Positions 8,026 through 18,070 of a stretch of DNA of 64,000 bases are shown in pieces; position 1 is the stretch's first letter, and every line of letters begins with the position of its first letter. Both the position numbers and the translations under genes were made by a program. Source of the stretch: Candidatus Calidihabitans tengchongensis (lineage in GTDB: Bacteria > Sysuimicrobiota > Sysuimicrobiia > Sysuimicrobiales > Kaftiobacteriaceae); the NCBI GenBank assembly GCA_031459615.1, contig JAVKIE010000004.1, positions 76,955 through 140,954 on the forward strand, read 5' to 3'. The notes beneath the pieces are model-generated. The model worked only from the letters and a program-made list of their open reading frames with translations. It did no database searches and was not told the origin of the DNA.

Positions 8026-8982
8026 GTTCCCCTTCAGGTACCGCTCGAACCAGGCCACGGTGCGCTGCCAGGCGTCGCGCGCCGAGGGTTCGTGATAGCG
8101 GGCGCCCGTGTCGTTGAAGAAGGCGTGGTCGGCGCCCGGGTAGATGACGATCTCGTGGATCACCCCGGCCCGCTGGAGGGCCTCCCGGATGGCCGGGATG
8201 CCGGCGTTGATGCGGGTGTCCCGCTCGCCGTAGATGGCCAGGATCGCGGCGCGGATGCGGGGGACATCTTCCAGGGGCGGGTTCGGTCCGTAGAAGGGGA
8301 CCGCGGCCCGGATGGCCGGGTTGCGGGTGGCCAGGCGCCAGGTCATGCCACCCCCGAAGCAGAACCCCACGGCCCCGATGCGATCCCGCCGCACGAAGGG
8401 CTGGCCCTGCAGGTAGGCCACGCCTGCGTTCAGCATGGCCACCAGCTGCTCGGGGGGCGTCCGGCCCAGGAGGGCCGTGACTTCCGCCAGGTCCGAAAAT
8501 CGCGCGGTGCCTCCGGCGGGGGACGCCAGGTCCACCGCCAGGGCGGCATAGCCCAGCGTCGCACAGCGCCGGCAGACGTCTTTGAAGTGCTCCAGCAACC
8601 CCCGGTTCTCGTGGATGACGATGACCCCCGGGACCGGCTCGCCCAGCCGCGGGCGTGCCAGGTAGCCGTGGACGGTGAGCGAGTCCGACGGAAACGTGAC
8701 CATGCCGGCGTGGAGGGCGGGATCGTCGGGCGGCACGGTCACCCCCGACGCCTGGGCGGCCGGCGCGGGTGCGCCAGCCGCCGCAGCCGCCACCTCCTCG
8801 GCGGACGCCGCGATGCCCAGTTCCCGCAGAACCGGCAGGGCCACGGCGGCCCCGCCGGCCATGAGGGCGATGCGCCTCAGGAACTCGCGGCGGGGGAGCC
8901 GCCCGTGCCGGTAGTCCTCGGCCCACTCCTCGACGATGTAGCGCTCCAGGTCTCCCACCACGCCACCCCCTCGCGCGGGCAT
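8023..8982 (-). CDS. Dienelactone hydrolase family protein (Tat-secreted alpha/beta hydrolase)
   Basis: ORF 8023..9009. Twin-arginine motif RREFLRRIALMAGGAAVALP. DLH-family motifs GFCFGG and C-terminal HAFFND are present. The start is uncertain: M1, or M10 at 8982. Confidence 0.7.
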   Translation of the reverse strand: MPARGGGVVGDLERYIVEEWAEDYRHGRLPRREFLRRIALMAGGAAVALPVLRELGIAASAEEVAAAAAGAPAPAAQASGVTVPPDDPALHAGMVTFPSDSLTVHGYLARPRLGEPVPGVIVIHENRGLLEHFKDVCRRCATLGYAALAVDLASPAGGTARFSDLAEVTALLGRTPPEQLVAMLNAGVAYLQGQPFVRRDRIGAVGFCFGGGMTWRLATRNPAIRAAVPFYGPNPPLEDVPRIRAAILAIYGERDTRINAGIPAIREALQRAGVIHEIVIYPGADHAFFNDTGARYHEPSARDAWQRTVAWFERYLKGN

Positions 8983-9158
8983 CCCGCAGGGACCGCCCGG
9001 GCCACGCATCAGGGGAACTCCTATCGGGGGCGTGTCACGCCCATGTGAATGGCGCGGCCCCTTCCCACCTGGGGGCCCGGGGCCTGCCTGACCGAGGGGT
9101 GGCAGATCCCGCCGATCCCGCGGATCGGGTAGAGTAGATAGCAGGAGGAGGACACGCC

Positions 9159-9971
9159 ATGTCGGTGGTGGCGCGTCTCACCGATGCGGACCTGCGCTTT
9201 GTGGCGGCGACGCTGCTGCCCGACCGGGATCCCCGCCGGGCCGTCGAGCGCCTGCGGGAGAACCCGGAGGCCCTGGAGGAGCTGCTGGAGGACGACCGGC
9301 TGCTGGAGAGGCTGCGGTCCGGCGACGCCCTGGTCCGGGTGACGCCCTGGCTGCTGTTCAGCGTCCTCCTGCGGCGCGTGCGGCGGGAGCTGCGGACGGC
9401 GCCGTACACCGTGGAGAGACTGGGCACCGAGCGGGTGCCGGTCTTTGATGCCCGGCGCGCCGGCGATCTCCTGGCGGACCCGCAGATCCTGGACTACCTG
9501 GTGGAGATGCTGGTCTCGTTCACCCGCACCGACAGTTTTCTGCTGGAGGTGGAGGAAGGGGGGCGGGTGCGGCGCCGCCGCTTCAGTGACTTCGACAGTG
9601 AGGACATGATCGCCCTGGCCGCCCTGATGCCCGACGAACTGCGCTTTCCCATCCTGCGGCGCGTCGCCGACATCGCCCTGTTCATTACGGGCATCTTCCC
9701 CGAGCACGTGGATCCCCTGGCCCGGCCTCCCGGCGCAGCCGCGCCGCCCGCCAGCCGCTGGCGGTTCCGGCGGACCCTCGAGGAGTACGAGGAGGAGGGG
9801 CGCCGCTTCTACCGCCTGGCCGCCAGCCACCGGATGGCCCGACGCCTGGGAATGGAGCGCCCGCTGGAGGCGCTGGCCGAGATGTTCCCCCTGGCCCGCA
9901 AACCGCTGAACGTGCTGGCCTCCCAGTACATCGGCACCAGCCGGTTTGTGCTGTTCGGCGGCGCAGGGTAG
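9159..9971 (+). CDS. Hypothetical protein, Arg/Glu/Asp-rich with no recognisable family
   Basis: 270-aa ORF preceded by a strong RBS AGGAGGAGGA. Its composition is balanced and protein-like. The antisense ORF 9021..10031 is Q/H/G-rich junk. Confidence 0.55.
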   Translation: MSVVARLTDADLRFVAATLLPDRDPRRAVERLRENPEALEELLEDDRLLERLRSGDALVRVTPWLLFSVLLRRVRRELRTAPYTVERLGTERVPVFDARRAGDLLADPQILDYLVEMLVSFTRTDSFLLEVEEGGRVRRRRFSDFDSEDMIALAALMPDELRFPILRRVADIALFITGIFPEHVDPLARPPGAAAPPASRWRFRRTLEEYEEEGRRFYRLAASHRMARRLGMERPLEALAEMFPLARKPLNVLASQYIGTSRFVLFGGAG

Positions 9972-10040
9972 GGGACGGGTGCCGACCGCGGACGCGGCGA
10001 GGTCGGGCAGGCGACGGCTGCCCGCCGGCATGACGGCTTG

Positions 10041-11054
10041 TCAGGCGCGGCAGCGGTCCAGGAGCGCGCTCCAGACGTCCTCCCGGCCGGGCAGGGGCGG
10101 GCCGTCCAGGACTACCCGGTCCGCCAGTCCCCGGTAGCGCTCCCGCAGGCGGTCGCCCACGTCCTCGGGCCCGCCGACGACCGCCACCTCGTGGAGGATC
10201 TCGTCGGGGATGAGGGTTCCCATCTCCGCCCACGCGCCCCGGGCGGCGAGCGTCCGCAGCCGCACGCCCAGCTCTCCCCACCCGTGGTGGTCCAGCACGC
10301 GCCGGTACGAGGGCGTGCTGGCATAGAACGCGATGCGCTCCCGCACCCGCGCCGCCGCATCGCGGACCGCCGTCGCGGACTCGCCCACCCCCACCAGCAC
10401 GCTGGCCACCACCGGGCACGGATCCGGGCGACCGCCGCGGGCGCGGCCGCGGGCAAGGGCAGGGCGGATGACGTCGGTCAGGTAGCCGCGGGTGTGCAGC
10501 GGTTGGACGAGAAACCCGTCGGCCACCTCTCCGGCCACCTGGCACATCCGGGGGTTGACCCCCGCCGTCATGATGGGGATCGGGTAGGGGTGGGGGGCGG
10601 GGGAGAAGGCGGGCGTCATCAGGGTGAGGGTGTAGTACCGGCCGCGGTAGGCCAGCGGCGCGCCGGTGCGCCAGGCTTCCCAGACCGCCCGCACCGCCCC
10701 CACCACATCGCGCAGCCGGGCCGCCGGGGCATCCCAGGTCAGGCCGTACCGGCGTACGATGTGGGCTCGCACCTGGGTGCCCAGCCCCAGCACGAAACGC
10801 CCCCGGGAGGCCTCCGCCAGGTCGTAGGCCAGATGCGCCAGGACGGTGGGGCTGCGGGTGAAGGCGATGGCCACGCCCGTCCCGACCAGCAGTCGCGCGG
10901 AGTGCTCGGCCGCCAGGGCCGCGCCCAGGAATGGATCGTGGGCGGTCTCGCTGACCCAGACGCCATCAACCCCCAGCCGCTCGGCCGTCCGCACAACATC
11001 TGGGACCTCCGCCAGTGTCCGGTACATCATGTGGATGTCGATGCGCACGGTCAT
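10041..11054 (-). CDS. LLM-class (luciferase-like) flavin/F420-dependent oxidoreductase
   Basis: 337 aa from MTVRIDIHMMYRTLAEVPDVVRTAERLGVDGVWVSETAHDPF, a typical LLM TIM-barrel N-terminus. The start ATG is at 11052-11054. Confidence 0.75.
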   Translation of the reverse strand: MTVRIDIHMMYRTLAEVPDVVRTAERLGVDGVWVSETAHDPFLGAALAAEHSARLLVGTGVAIAFTRSPTVLAHLAYDLAEASRGRFVLGLGTQVRAHIVRRYGLTWDAPAARLRDVVGAVRAVWEAWRTGAPLAYRGRYYTLTLMTPAFSPAPHPYPIPIMTAGVNPRMCQVAGEVADGFLVQPLHTRGYLTDVIRPALARGRARGGRPDPCPVVASVLVGVGESATAVRDAAARVRERIAFYASTPSYRRVLDHHGWGELGVRLRTLAARGAWAEMGTLIPDEILHEVAVVGGPEDVGDRLRERYRGLADRVVLDGPPLPGREDVWSALLDRCRA

Positions 11055-11226
11055 CCTCTCCTCTGAAGGTGGACGGAGCGCCGGTCCGGAAGTTCCACGC
11101 GTCCGGGCGTCCTCCCGCCGCAGGAGAAGTCTCCCGGCGGGAGAAACAGAGGGGGACCGGGAGAGGCGGTATAGGAAGGGCACTCCAGGGGAACGGCAGG
11201 TGGTGAGCGCACGCTGAGGGAGGGGC

Positions 11227-12879
11227 ATGAAGGGCGTCGCAGCCGCACTCCTGGCGGTCGTGGCGATGGGTGTGCCGCCGGCATCCGCGTCCGGCCACGC
11301 CGCCGGCGTGCGGGTGGTGGTCAACGGCGTTGAGGTGCCCCTCCCCGCGCCTGCCCTGATCCGCGACGGCCAGGTCCTGGCTCCCTCCACGGGACTGTGG
11401 GACCCGCTGGGAGCGGTGGCCGCCTACTACGAGGCCGACCGCACCGTCGTGGTCACCAACCGCCTGCAGACCACCATCCGGCTGCGGATGGGCGAGGCCC
11501 AGGCCACGGTCAACGGGGAGGCCCGCCCGCTGCCCACCGCGCCGGTGCTGGTGGACGGCGTTCCGTACATCCCCGTGCAGGCGGTGGCGCAGCTGCTGGG
11601 GGCCTGGGTGGCGTTTGACGACGCCGCGCGGATCCTGCACGTCAGTTCCCAGATCACCGCCCTCACCCCCCAGGTCAAGGACGGCATCGTGGAGGTGGTG
11701 GTGGATGCCACCGGGCCTGTGCAGGTGGACTCGACCGTCCTGACCAACCCCGACCGCCTGGTGGTCGACCTCCAGAACGCCGCCCTGCGGGTGGCCCAGC
11801 GGGAGTACCCCGCGGGAGCGGCGGGCGTGATCCGCATCCGCGTCGGCCAGTTTCAGATCAAGCCCTACATCACCCGGGTGGTATTCGACCTGACCGATCC
11901 GGTGGATCTTCAGGTGACGGCGTCGCCCACCACCTACGCGGTGACGCTGCGGGTGACCCCCAAGACCTCCACCCGGGCCGACGCCCCGCCACAGCAGGGC
12001 CCGGCCCGGATCCTGGGCGTGGCTTTCGAACCCTCCGGACAGGCCGGGCGGGTCGTGGTGCAGACCACCGGGCCGGTGCAGTACCGGGTTCGGGAGTTCG
12101 TCTACCCGGACCGCCTGGCGGTGGACATCGCCGACACTGTCTTCGTCCCCGTGCGGCAGGAGATCGCGGTCCACGGGCCGGCGGTGGCGGTGGTGCGGGC
12201 GGCGCAGTTCACCGCGCGCCCCCCGGTTACCCGGGTGGTGGTCACCCTCAAGCGCAAGCTCAACTACCTCATCGCCCAGTCCGGCGGCAGCCTGGTCATC
12301 GACCTGGACGCATCCGTCGCCCGGGCCCACGTGGTGGCCCTCGACGCCGGCCACGGGGGCAAGGATCCGGGTGCGCTGGGTCCTACGGGCCTGCGGGAGG
12401 CGGACGTGGTCCTGGACATTGCCCGCCGCGTCCGGGACCTCCTGGTGGCCGACGGAATCCGCGTGCTGATGATCCGCGACGCGGACGTGTTCGTGGACCT
12501 GTCCGAGCGCACTCGCCTGGCCCGGGAGGGCGGGGCGACGGTGTTCATCAGCATCCACGCCAACGCCAGCCCGCGGGCGGCGGTCGACGGCACCGAGACC
12601 TACTACCTCACTCCCCAGAGCCTGGCCCTGGCGCAGATGATCCAGGAGGAACTGGCGGCGGCCCTGGACCTGCCCAGCCGGGGCGTGAAGACGGCGGGCT
12701 TTGTGGTGCTGCGGGACAGCGGGGTGCCCTCGGTGCTGGTGGAGACGGCGTTCATCTCCCACCCCGACGGCGAGGCGCGCCTGCGGGATGACGGCTTCCG
12801 CCAGCGCATCGCCGCCGCTGTCCACCGCGGCATCGTGCGGTTCCTGGCCATCTACCCTGTGCCCCAGGCGGCGCCCTGA
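11227..12879 (+). CDS. N-acetylmuramoyl-L-alanine amidase with an N-terminal copper-amine-oxidase-like domain and two AMIN domains
   Basis: Signal peptide, CuAO_N-like stretch (VNGVEVPLPAPALIRDGQVLAP ... VDGVPYIPVQAVAQLL), two AMIN repeats, then Amidase_3 motifs (ALDAGHGGKDPGA ... FISIHANAS). Confidence 0.8.
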   Translation: MKGVAAALLAVVAMGVPPASASGHAAGVRVVVNGVEVPLPAPALIRDGQVLAPSTGLWDPLGAVAAYYEADRTVVVTNRLQTTIRLRMGEAQATVNGEARPLPTAPVLVDGVPYIPVQAVAQLLGAWVAFDDAARILHVSSQITALTPQVKDGIVEVVVDATGPVQVDSTVLTNPDRLVVDLQNAALRVAQREYPAGAAGVIRIRVGQFQIKPYITRVVFDLTDPVDLQVTASPTTYAVTLRVTPKTSTRADAPPQQGPARILGVAFEPSGQAGRVVVQTTGPVQYRVREFVYPDRLAVDIADTVFVPVRQEIAVHGPAVAVVRAAQFTARPPVTRVVVTLKRKLNYLIAQSGGSLVIDLDASVARAHVVALDAGHGGKDPGALGPTGLREADVVLDIARRVRDLLVADGIRVLMIRDADVFVDLSERTRLAREGGATVFISIHANASPRAAVDGTETYYLTPQSLALAQMIQEELAAALDLPSRGVKTAGFVVLRDSGVPSVLVETAFISHPDGEARLRDDGFRQRIAAAVHRGIVRFLAIYPVPQAAP

Positions 12880-12890
12880 GGCCGCCGGCC

Positions 12891-13649
12891 GTGCGGCTGA
12901 CGGTGCTGGGCAAGTGGTCGCCCTACCCGCCGGCCGGCGGGTCGTGTCCCGGATACCTGGTGGAGGCCGGCGGGGTGCGCATTCTCCTGGATTGCGGATC
13001 GGGCGTGGTGGCGGCCCTGCACCGGGTATGCACGGCGTTCGACCTCCACGCCGTCGTCCTCACCCATCTGCACCCCGACCACGTCACCGACATCTACGTG
13101 CTGCGCAACGAGCTGGCCTACGGACGGCTGCCCGGTCCCCCGGCGCCGCCCCTGCCCCTGTTCGCGCCCGCGGACGCCGCCCGGGCGCTGGTGGCGTGGC
13201 TGCCGCGACCCGAGTCCCGGCGCGAGTTCGCCGCAGGGTTCCACTTCCGTCCCCTGGAGGAAGGCGCCGGAGAGGTGGGCGGGGTGCGGCTGCGCTTTGC
13301 GCCCACCCTCCACCCCGTGCCCTGCCATGCGGTGGAAGTCCGGGCCGGCGGCCGCCGCCTGGTGTATACCGCCGACACCGGCCCGTCGGCGCAGGTGGAG
13401 GAGATGGCCCGGGGGTGCGACCTGCTGCTGTGCGAGGCGACCCTGCGGGAGGCCGACGCGGACCTCGCCGTCTCCCTGGGACACCTCACGGGGTCCCTGG
13501 CCGGATCCCTGGCCGCCCGGGCCGGGGCCCGCCGCCTGCTGCTCACCCACCTGCACCCGCGCGGCGACGTCCAGGAGACCCAGGCGGCCGCAGCGAAGGA
13601 GTTTGCCGAAGCCGAGGTAGCCCAGGAAGGCGCCACCTACGAGGTGTGA
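12891..13649 (+). CDS. MBL-fold metallo-hydrolase (RNase Z / beta-lactamase superfamily)
   Basis: HLHPDH motif present. 252 aa. GTG start. Confidence 0.7.
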   Translation: MRLTVLGKWSPYPPAGGSCPGYLVEAGGVRILLDCGSGVVAALHRVCTAFDLHAVVLTHLHPDHVTDIYVLRNELAYGRLPGPPAPPLPLFAPADAARALVAWLPRPESRREFAAGFHFRPLEEGAGEVGGVRLRFAPTLHPVPCHAVEVRAGGRRLVYTADTGPSAQVEEMARGCDLLLCEATLREADADLAVSLGHLTGSLAGSLAARAGARRLLLTHLHPRGDVQETQAAAAKEFAEAEVAQEGATYEV

Positions 13650-13655
13650 GGCAGG

Positions 13656-14390
13656 ATGCCCCGTCCCGACGGCCGGGGGCCGGAGGAGCTGCGTCCGGTC
13701 CGCATCACCCGGCGCTACCTGAAGTATGCCGAGGGGTCCGTCCTCATCGAGGTGGGGGACACCCGGGTCGTGTGCTCCGCGAGCGTGGAGGAGCGCGTTC
13801 CCCAGTGGCTGCGGGGATCGGGGCAGGGGTGGATCACCGCCGAGTACGGGATGCTCCCCCGGTCGACCCAGGAGCGCAGCCCCCGGGACGTACTGCGGCC
13901 CGGGGGGCGGGTGGTGGAGATCCAGAGGCTGGTGGGCCGCTCGCTGCGGGCGGCGGTGGACCTGGAGCGGCTGGGGGAGCGGACCATCTGGATCGACTGC
14001 GATGTCATCCAGGCGGACGGCGGGACCCGGACGGCGGCCATCACCGGGGCCTTCGTGGCCCTGGTGGACGCCCTCCACCTGCTGCGCCAGACGGGGATCC
14101 TGACGGTCTGGCCCGTGCGGGAGGTCCTGGCGGCCACCAGCGTCGGCATCGTGGACGGGCAGCCTGTGCTGGATCTGACCTTCGCCGAGGACTCGCGGGC
14201 CCGGGTGGACATGAACGTGGTGATGACGGAATCAGGGCGCTTCGTGGAGGTCCAGGGAACCGCCGAGGGCTTCCCCTTCACCCGGGACGAACTGCTGCAG
14301 CTGCTGGGGCTGGCCGAGCGGGGCATCCGCCAGCTGATCGCCCTCCAGAAAGAGGTCCTGGCCGACGTCCTGGGCGCCCCGCGCCGCTAG
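13656..14390 (+). CDS. rph: Ribonuclease PH
   Basis: [46 protein letters not shown]... is an RNase PH hallmark. 244 aa. Confidence 0.9.
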   Translation: MPRPDGRGPEELRPVRITRRYLKYAEGSVLIEVGDTRVVCSASVEERVPQWLRGSGQGWITAEYGMLPRSTQERSPRDVLRPGGRVVEIQRLVGRSLRAAVDLERLGERTIWIDCDVIQADGGTRTAAITGAFVALVDALHLLRQTGILTVWPVREVLAATSVGIVDGQPVLDLTFAEDSRARVDMNVVMTESGRFVEVQGTAEGFPFTRDELLQLLGLAERGIRQLIALQKEVLADVLGAPRR

Positions 14391-14403
14391 AGCCGGTATC
14401 CTC

Positions 14404-15108
14404 GTGGGGACCCGCTCGCGTCCCTCGCGCACGCGCCGCAGGCCCGCCCGGACCTCCTCCCCGGCATCGCCCGCCCCCGCCGGGGGTCTGCTGGATGTGG
14501 TCCTGGCCACCCGCAACCCCGGCAAGGTCCGCGAGATGCTGGCCCTGCTGCGGGACCTCCCCCTGCGGGTGTACGACCTGACCGCCTTCCCCCGGGTGCC
14601 CGATCTGCCGGAAGAGGGGCAGACGTACACCGAAAACGCCATCAGCAAGGCCCTGACCGTGGCGCGGCTGACCGGGCGGGTGGCGCTGGCGGATGACTCC
14701 GGGATCGAGATCGCGGGTCTGGGCGGCGGCCCCGGTCCCCACTCCCGCCGCTTTCTGGGGCCTCAGGCCTCGGACGCCGCCCGCAACGCCCGCATCCTGA
14801 AGATGCTCCAGAATGCGCCGCCGGAGGCCCGCCGGGCGCGCTACCGGGCGGTGGTGGCGGTAGCCACGCCCGAGGGAGTCGTGCGGACCTTTGAAGGGGT
14901 GTGCGAGGGCGAGATCGCCCCGGCCCCCCGGGGATCCCACGGGTTCGGTTATGACCCCATCTTCCTCGTGCCGGAGTTCGGCAAGACCATGGCCCAGCTG
15001 CCGCCGGCGGTGAAGAACCGCATCAGCCACCGGGCGCGGGCGATCGCCGCGGCGCGGCCGTTCCTGCGGATGTTGGCCACCGGCCGCCCCACGCCGTCCG
15101 AACCGTGA
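14404..15108 (+). CDS. rdgB: Non-canonical purine NTP pyrophosphatase (RdgB/HAM1)
   Basis: VVLATRNPGKVREM ... SHGFGYDPIF motifs present. The true start is probably downstream of 14404, where the listed ORF begins right after rph, near 14490. Confidence 0.8.
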   Translation: MGTRSRPSRTRRRPARTSSPASPAPAGGLLDVVLATRNPGKVREMLALLRDLPLRVYDLTAFPRVPDLPEEGQTYTENAISKALTVARLTGRVALADDSGIEIAGLGGGPGPHSRRFLGPQASDAARNARILKMLQNAPPEARRARYRAVVAVATPEGVVRTFEGVCEGEIAPAPRGSHGFGYDPIFLVPEFGKTMAQLPPAVKNRISHRARAIAAARPFLRMLATGRPTPSEP

Positions 15109-15121
15109 GCCCTCATGAAAG

Positions 15122-15145
15122 GCGTTGAAGGTTGGAGGTTGAAGG
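15122..15145. repeat. GCGTTGAAGG-family repeat, copy 2
   Basis: GCGTTGAAGGttgGAGGTTGAAGG immediately after the rdgB stop. Confidence 0.5.
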
Positions 15146-15160
15146 TCACTGATGGCCAAT

Positions 15161-15256
15161 CTTCCCGATCCTTGGAATCTGCTCGATCTTCCCAATCAGA
15201 TTGCGCAGATCGAGAAGATTGCGTAGATTGAGGAGATCGCGCAGGTCGAGGGAGGA
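15161..15256. repeat. Degenerate 18-nt tandem repeat array (about 5 units), low GC
   Basis: cttcccgatccttggaat / ctgctcgatcttcccaat / cagattgcgcagatcgagaa / gattgcgtagattgagga / gatcgcgcaggtcgaggga. Ends at the ligD stop codon. Confidence 0.45.
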
Positions 15257-17986
15257 TCAAAGTCTCCGTTCCAGCAGCTGGCGGTGCCTGCGCATTCCGG
15301 CCCACGGATCCCGCCGCCGGCGCATCCTCTGCGGGACGGTGGCGAGGGTGTACTCCAGGGGATCCACGCCGCGCTCCAGTTCCCGCCAGGTCAGGGGAAA
15401 CGACACCGTCGCCTGAGGGGTGGGACGCAGGCTGTAGGCGCTGGCCAGGGTGGCGCCCAGGCGGTTCTGGTTGTAGTCCACAAACACCTTGCCCACCCGC
15501 CGCTCGACGGGCCAGGCGGTGGTCAGCCGGTCGGGGTACCGCGCCGCCAGGTACTCGGCCACCGTGCGGGCGAAGGCGTGGGTCTGCTCGTAGGTGTAGC
15601 GCCGGGCCACCGGCACGAAAATGTGCAGGCCGGTCTTGCCGGAGGTCTTGACGAAGGCCACCAGGCCCAGGGTCGCCAGCACGTCCCGCAGGAGCAGTGC
15701 CGCCTCCCGGGCGGCCTCGAACCCGCGGCGGGTGTAGGCCGGATCCCGCTCGCCTCCGGTCGGCGGGGGAAGCCCGCCGTCGGGCGTCAGGTAGGGGTCG
15801 AGATCGAACACCACGTAGTCGGGACGACCCAGGACGCTGGCCCGCAGGGCGTCCTCCCCGGAGGCGAAGTCCTCCCCCGCCGGCGGTCCGTCACCGCGGC
15901 CCAGGGGGGTGATCCGGCTGAACCACGGGTGCAGCTCGATGTTGGCCAGTTGCGCCAGCCACAGCAGCGTCCGCACGGTGTTGCACACCGGGGCCAGCAG
16001 GACCCGCCGCTCGCTGTCGGTCCAGATGGCCGCCCGGCGGACGAACGCGGGCGCGTCGGGCACGTCCTTCTGGTAGAAGCTGTCACCGGCGATCCCGTCG
16101 GGAAAGCGCCGCAGGGTCAGCGGCCGATCCCGCAGATGCGGGAGGATCCAGGGCGCCATCTCGCGGTAGTACCGGATGAGATCGCCCTTGGTGTATCCCG
16201 CGTCCGGCCAGAACGCCTTGTCCAGGTTGGTGAAGGCGACACCGGGCACCCCGCGGATGGCCGGCGCGGCGCCGGGGGACGTCGGCCGGGCGCGGGGGCG
16301 GCCACCGCGTCGCGCCTGCGGGCGGGAAGGGGCGGCCGCCGGGCGCTCCAGGGACACCTCCGACGCCGGCTTGTCGGTGCGCAGGCCGACGAACACCGGC
16401 ATCCGCAGCAGGCCGTCCCGCGTCCACCCGGCGTGTTCCACCTCCACCACCAGCTCGGGTCGCACCCACGTGACGGAGGGGGGAGCCGGAGGCGGGGGAT
16501 CGAACGGACACGCGGGCGCCACCCGGTCGCGCAGGAGGGCGGCCAGGTGGCGGAGCTGGCTGTCGGTGAACCCGCTTCCGCAACGCCCCACGTACTGCAG
16601 GCGGCCGTTCTCATAGGCCCCCAGCAGAAGCGCACCGAACGCGCCCTGGCGCGCGCCGCGGCCGCGGGTGAACCCTCCCACCACGGCCTCCAGGCGCTGG
16701 ACGACCTTGATCTTCACCCATGCCGCCGAGCGCTCTCCGGGACGGTAGGGGGCGTCGGCCCGCTTGGCCATGATGCCCTCCACCCCCAGCTTCTGGGCGG
16801 CCCGGTAGAAGGCCACGCCGGTGGCCGCCACCGCCTCCGACAGGCGCAGGACGGGCCCGGAGCGTACCAGCGCTTCCAGGACCTGCCGGCGCTCGGACAG
16901 GGGCCTGTGGGTGAGCCGGTGGCCGTTGATGTACAGGACGTCGAACACGCAGTAGGCTATCGGGGCATCGGACGCCGAGGGACCGCCGTGAAGGCGCGGC
17001 TGCAGGAGGGCAAACCGGGGACGACCGCGGGCGTCCAGCGCCACCACCTCGCCGTCCAGCACCACATCCGGCCAGGGCTGGGCGTGCAGGGCCTCCACCA
17101 CCTCCGGGAACTGCGGGTTGAGGACCAGGCCGCCGCGGCTGCGCAGCGTCACCTCCCGTCGCGGACCGCGGGTGCGGACGGTGGCCAGAACGCGGACGCC
17201 GTCCCACTTGATCTCGAACAGCCACCGCGGATCGTCAAACGGGTTCCGCGCGGCCGTGGCCAGCATCGGCCGGATGGACTCCGGCGGGGAGTCGGGTCCG
17301 GGTCGGTCCAGGCCCAGGCGCCGGAGGACGGCATGCAGCCGGCGCGGGATCGCCGCCCGGCGGGGCTCCCGGTCCGCCGATGGGGCCCCGGTCCGGGATC
17401 GGCGCGCAGCCGACCACCGCACGCCGGAGTCGGCCCGGATCTGGTCAATGGTGCGCCCGCTGGTGACCGAGGTCGCCGGGTCGGGCAGCCTCCATCCGGC
17501 AACGGCGTGGGCGTCGGCGGCCTTCATCAGCAGCCACTGGGTCTGGCCCCCCAGGCGAGTCCGGACCAGGTGAAACTCGCCCCGCAGCCTCCGCCCGTGC
17601 AGCAGAAGGGTCAGCTTGCCGGCCTGGTAGGCCCCCTCGGGGTCGCCCTCGCGGACCTCGTAGGTGCCCAGGTCCCACACCAGGACCGGGCCGGCGCCGT
17701 AGTGCCCGTCGGGGATCACGCCTTCAAATTCCAGATACTCCACCGGATGATCTTCCACCGGGACGGCGAGGCGGCGGTGCGAGGGATCCAGGGACGGTCC
17801 TTTGGGCAGGGCCCACGACTTCAAGACCCCACCCATCTCCAGACGGAAGTCCCAGTGGCGGCGGGTGGCATGGTGCTCCTGCACCACGAACCGCAGGGGT
17901 CCCGGCCTGCGCCGGGGGACGGGCACCCCCGGGGGTTCGGGGGTGTGGGGGAAGCGGCGCTTGCGGACGTACTCGTCCAGGCTCAC
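15257..17986 (-). CDS. ligD: ATP-dependent DNA ligase D, multidomain, N-to-C order 3'-phosphoesterase, ligase, polymerase/primase
   Basis: N-terminus HWDFRLEMGGVLKSWALPKGPS...VEDHPVEYLEFEGVIP is a LigD phosphoesterase domain. Middle PMLATAAR...WLFEIKWDGVRV is ligase motif I KxDG. C-terminus FTNLDKAFWPDAGYTKGDLIRYYREMAPWILPHLRDRPLTLRRFPDG is the LigD Pol domain. 909 aa. Confidence 0.85.
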   Translation of the reverse strand: MSLDEYVRKRRFPHTPEPPGVPVPRRRPGPLRFVVQEHHATRRHWDFRLEMGGVLKSWALPKGPSLDPSHRRLAVPVEDHPVEYLEFEGVIPDGHYGAGPVLVWDLGTYEVREGDPEGAYQAGKLTLLLHGRRLRGEFHLVRTRLGGQTQWLLMKAADAHAVAGWRLPDPATSVTSGRTIDQIRADSGVRWSAARRSRTGAPSADREPRRAAIPRRLHAVLRRLGLDRPGPDSPPESIRPMLATAARNPFDDPRWLFEIKWDGVRVLATVRTRGPRREVTLRSRGGLVLNPQFPEVVEALHAQPWPDVVLDGEVVALDARGRPRFALLQPRLHGGPSASDAPIAYCVFDVLYINGHRLTHRPLSERRQVLEALVRSGPVLRLSEAVAATGVAFYRAAQKLGVEGIMAKRADAPYRPGERSAAWVKIKVVQRLEAVVGGFTRGRGARQGAFGALLLGAYENGRLQYVGRCGSGFTDSQLRHLAALLRDRVAPACPFDPPPPAPPSVTWVRPELVVEVEHAGWTRDGLLRMPVFVGLRTDKPASEVSLERPAAAPSRPQARRGGRPRARPTSPGAAPAIRGVPGVAFTNLDKAFWPDAGYTKGDLIRYYREMAPWILPHLRDRPLTLRRFPDGIAGDSFYQKDVPDAPAFVRRAAIWTDSERRVLLAPVCNTVRTLLWLAQLANIELHPWFSRITPLGRGDGPPAGEDFASGEDALRASVLGRPDYVVFDLDPYLTPDGGLPPPTGGERDPAYTRRGFEAAREAALLLRDVLATLGLVAFVKTSGKTGLHIFVPVARRYTYEQTHAFARTVAEYLAARYPDRLTTAWPVERRVGKVFVDYNQNRLGATLASAYSLRPTPQATVSFPLTWRELERGVDPLEYTLATVPQRMRRRRDPWAGMRRHRQLLERRL

Positions 17987-18070
17987 GGTCCAGGGTCGCG
18001 CGCTCCTGATCGGTGGAGACGGCGCCAGTCCTACTGTACCATCCCCGGGTCCTCGGGGGTTCGGGACCGA

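Noticed and set aside
15161-15256. Possible CRISPR array suggested by tandem repeats
   Set aside because: Repeat units are only 18 nt, degenerate and contiguous, without unique spacers, and no cas genes are nearby. Classified as a minisatellite-like repeat instead.
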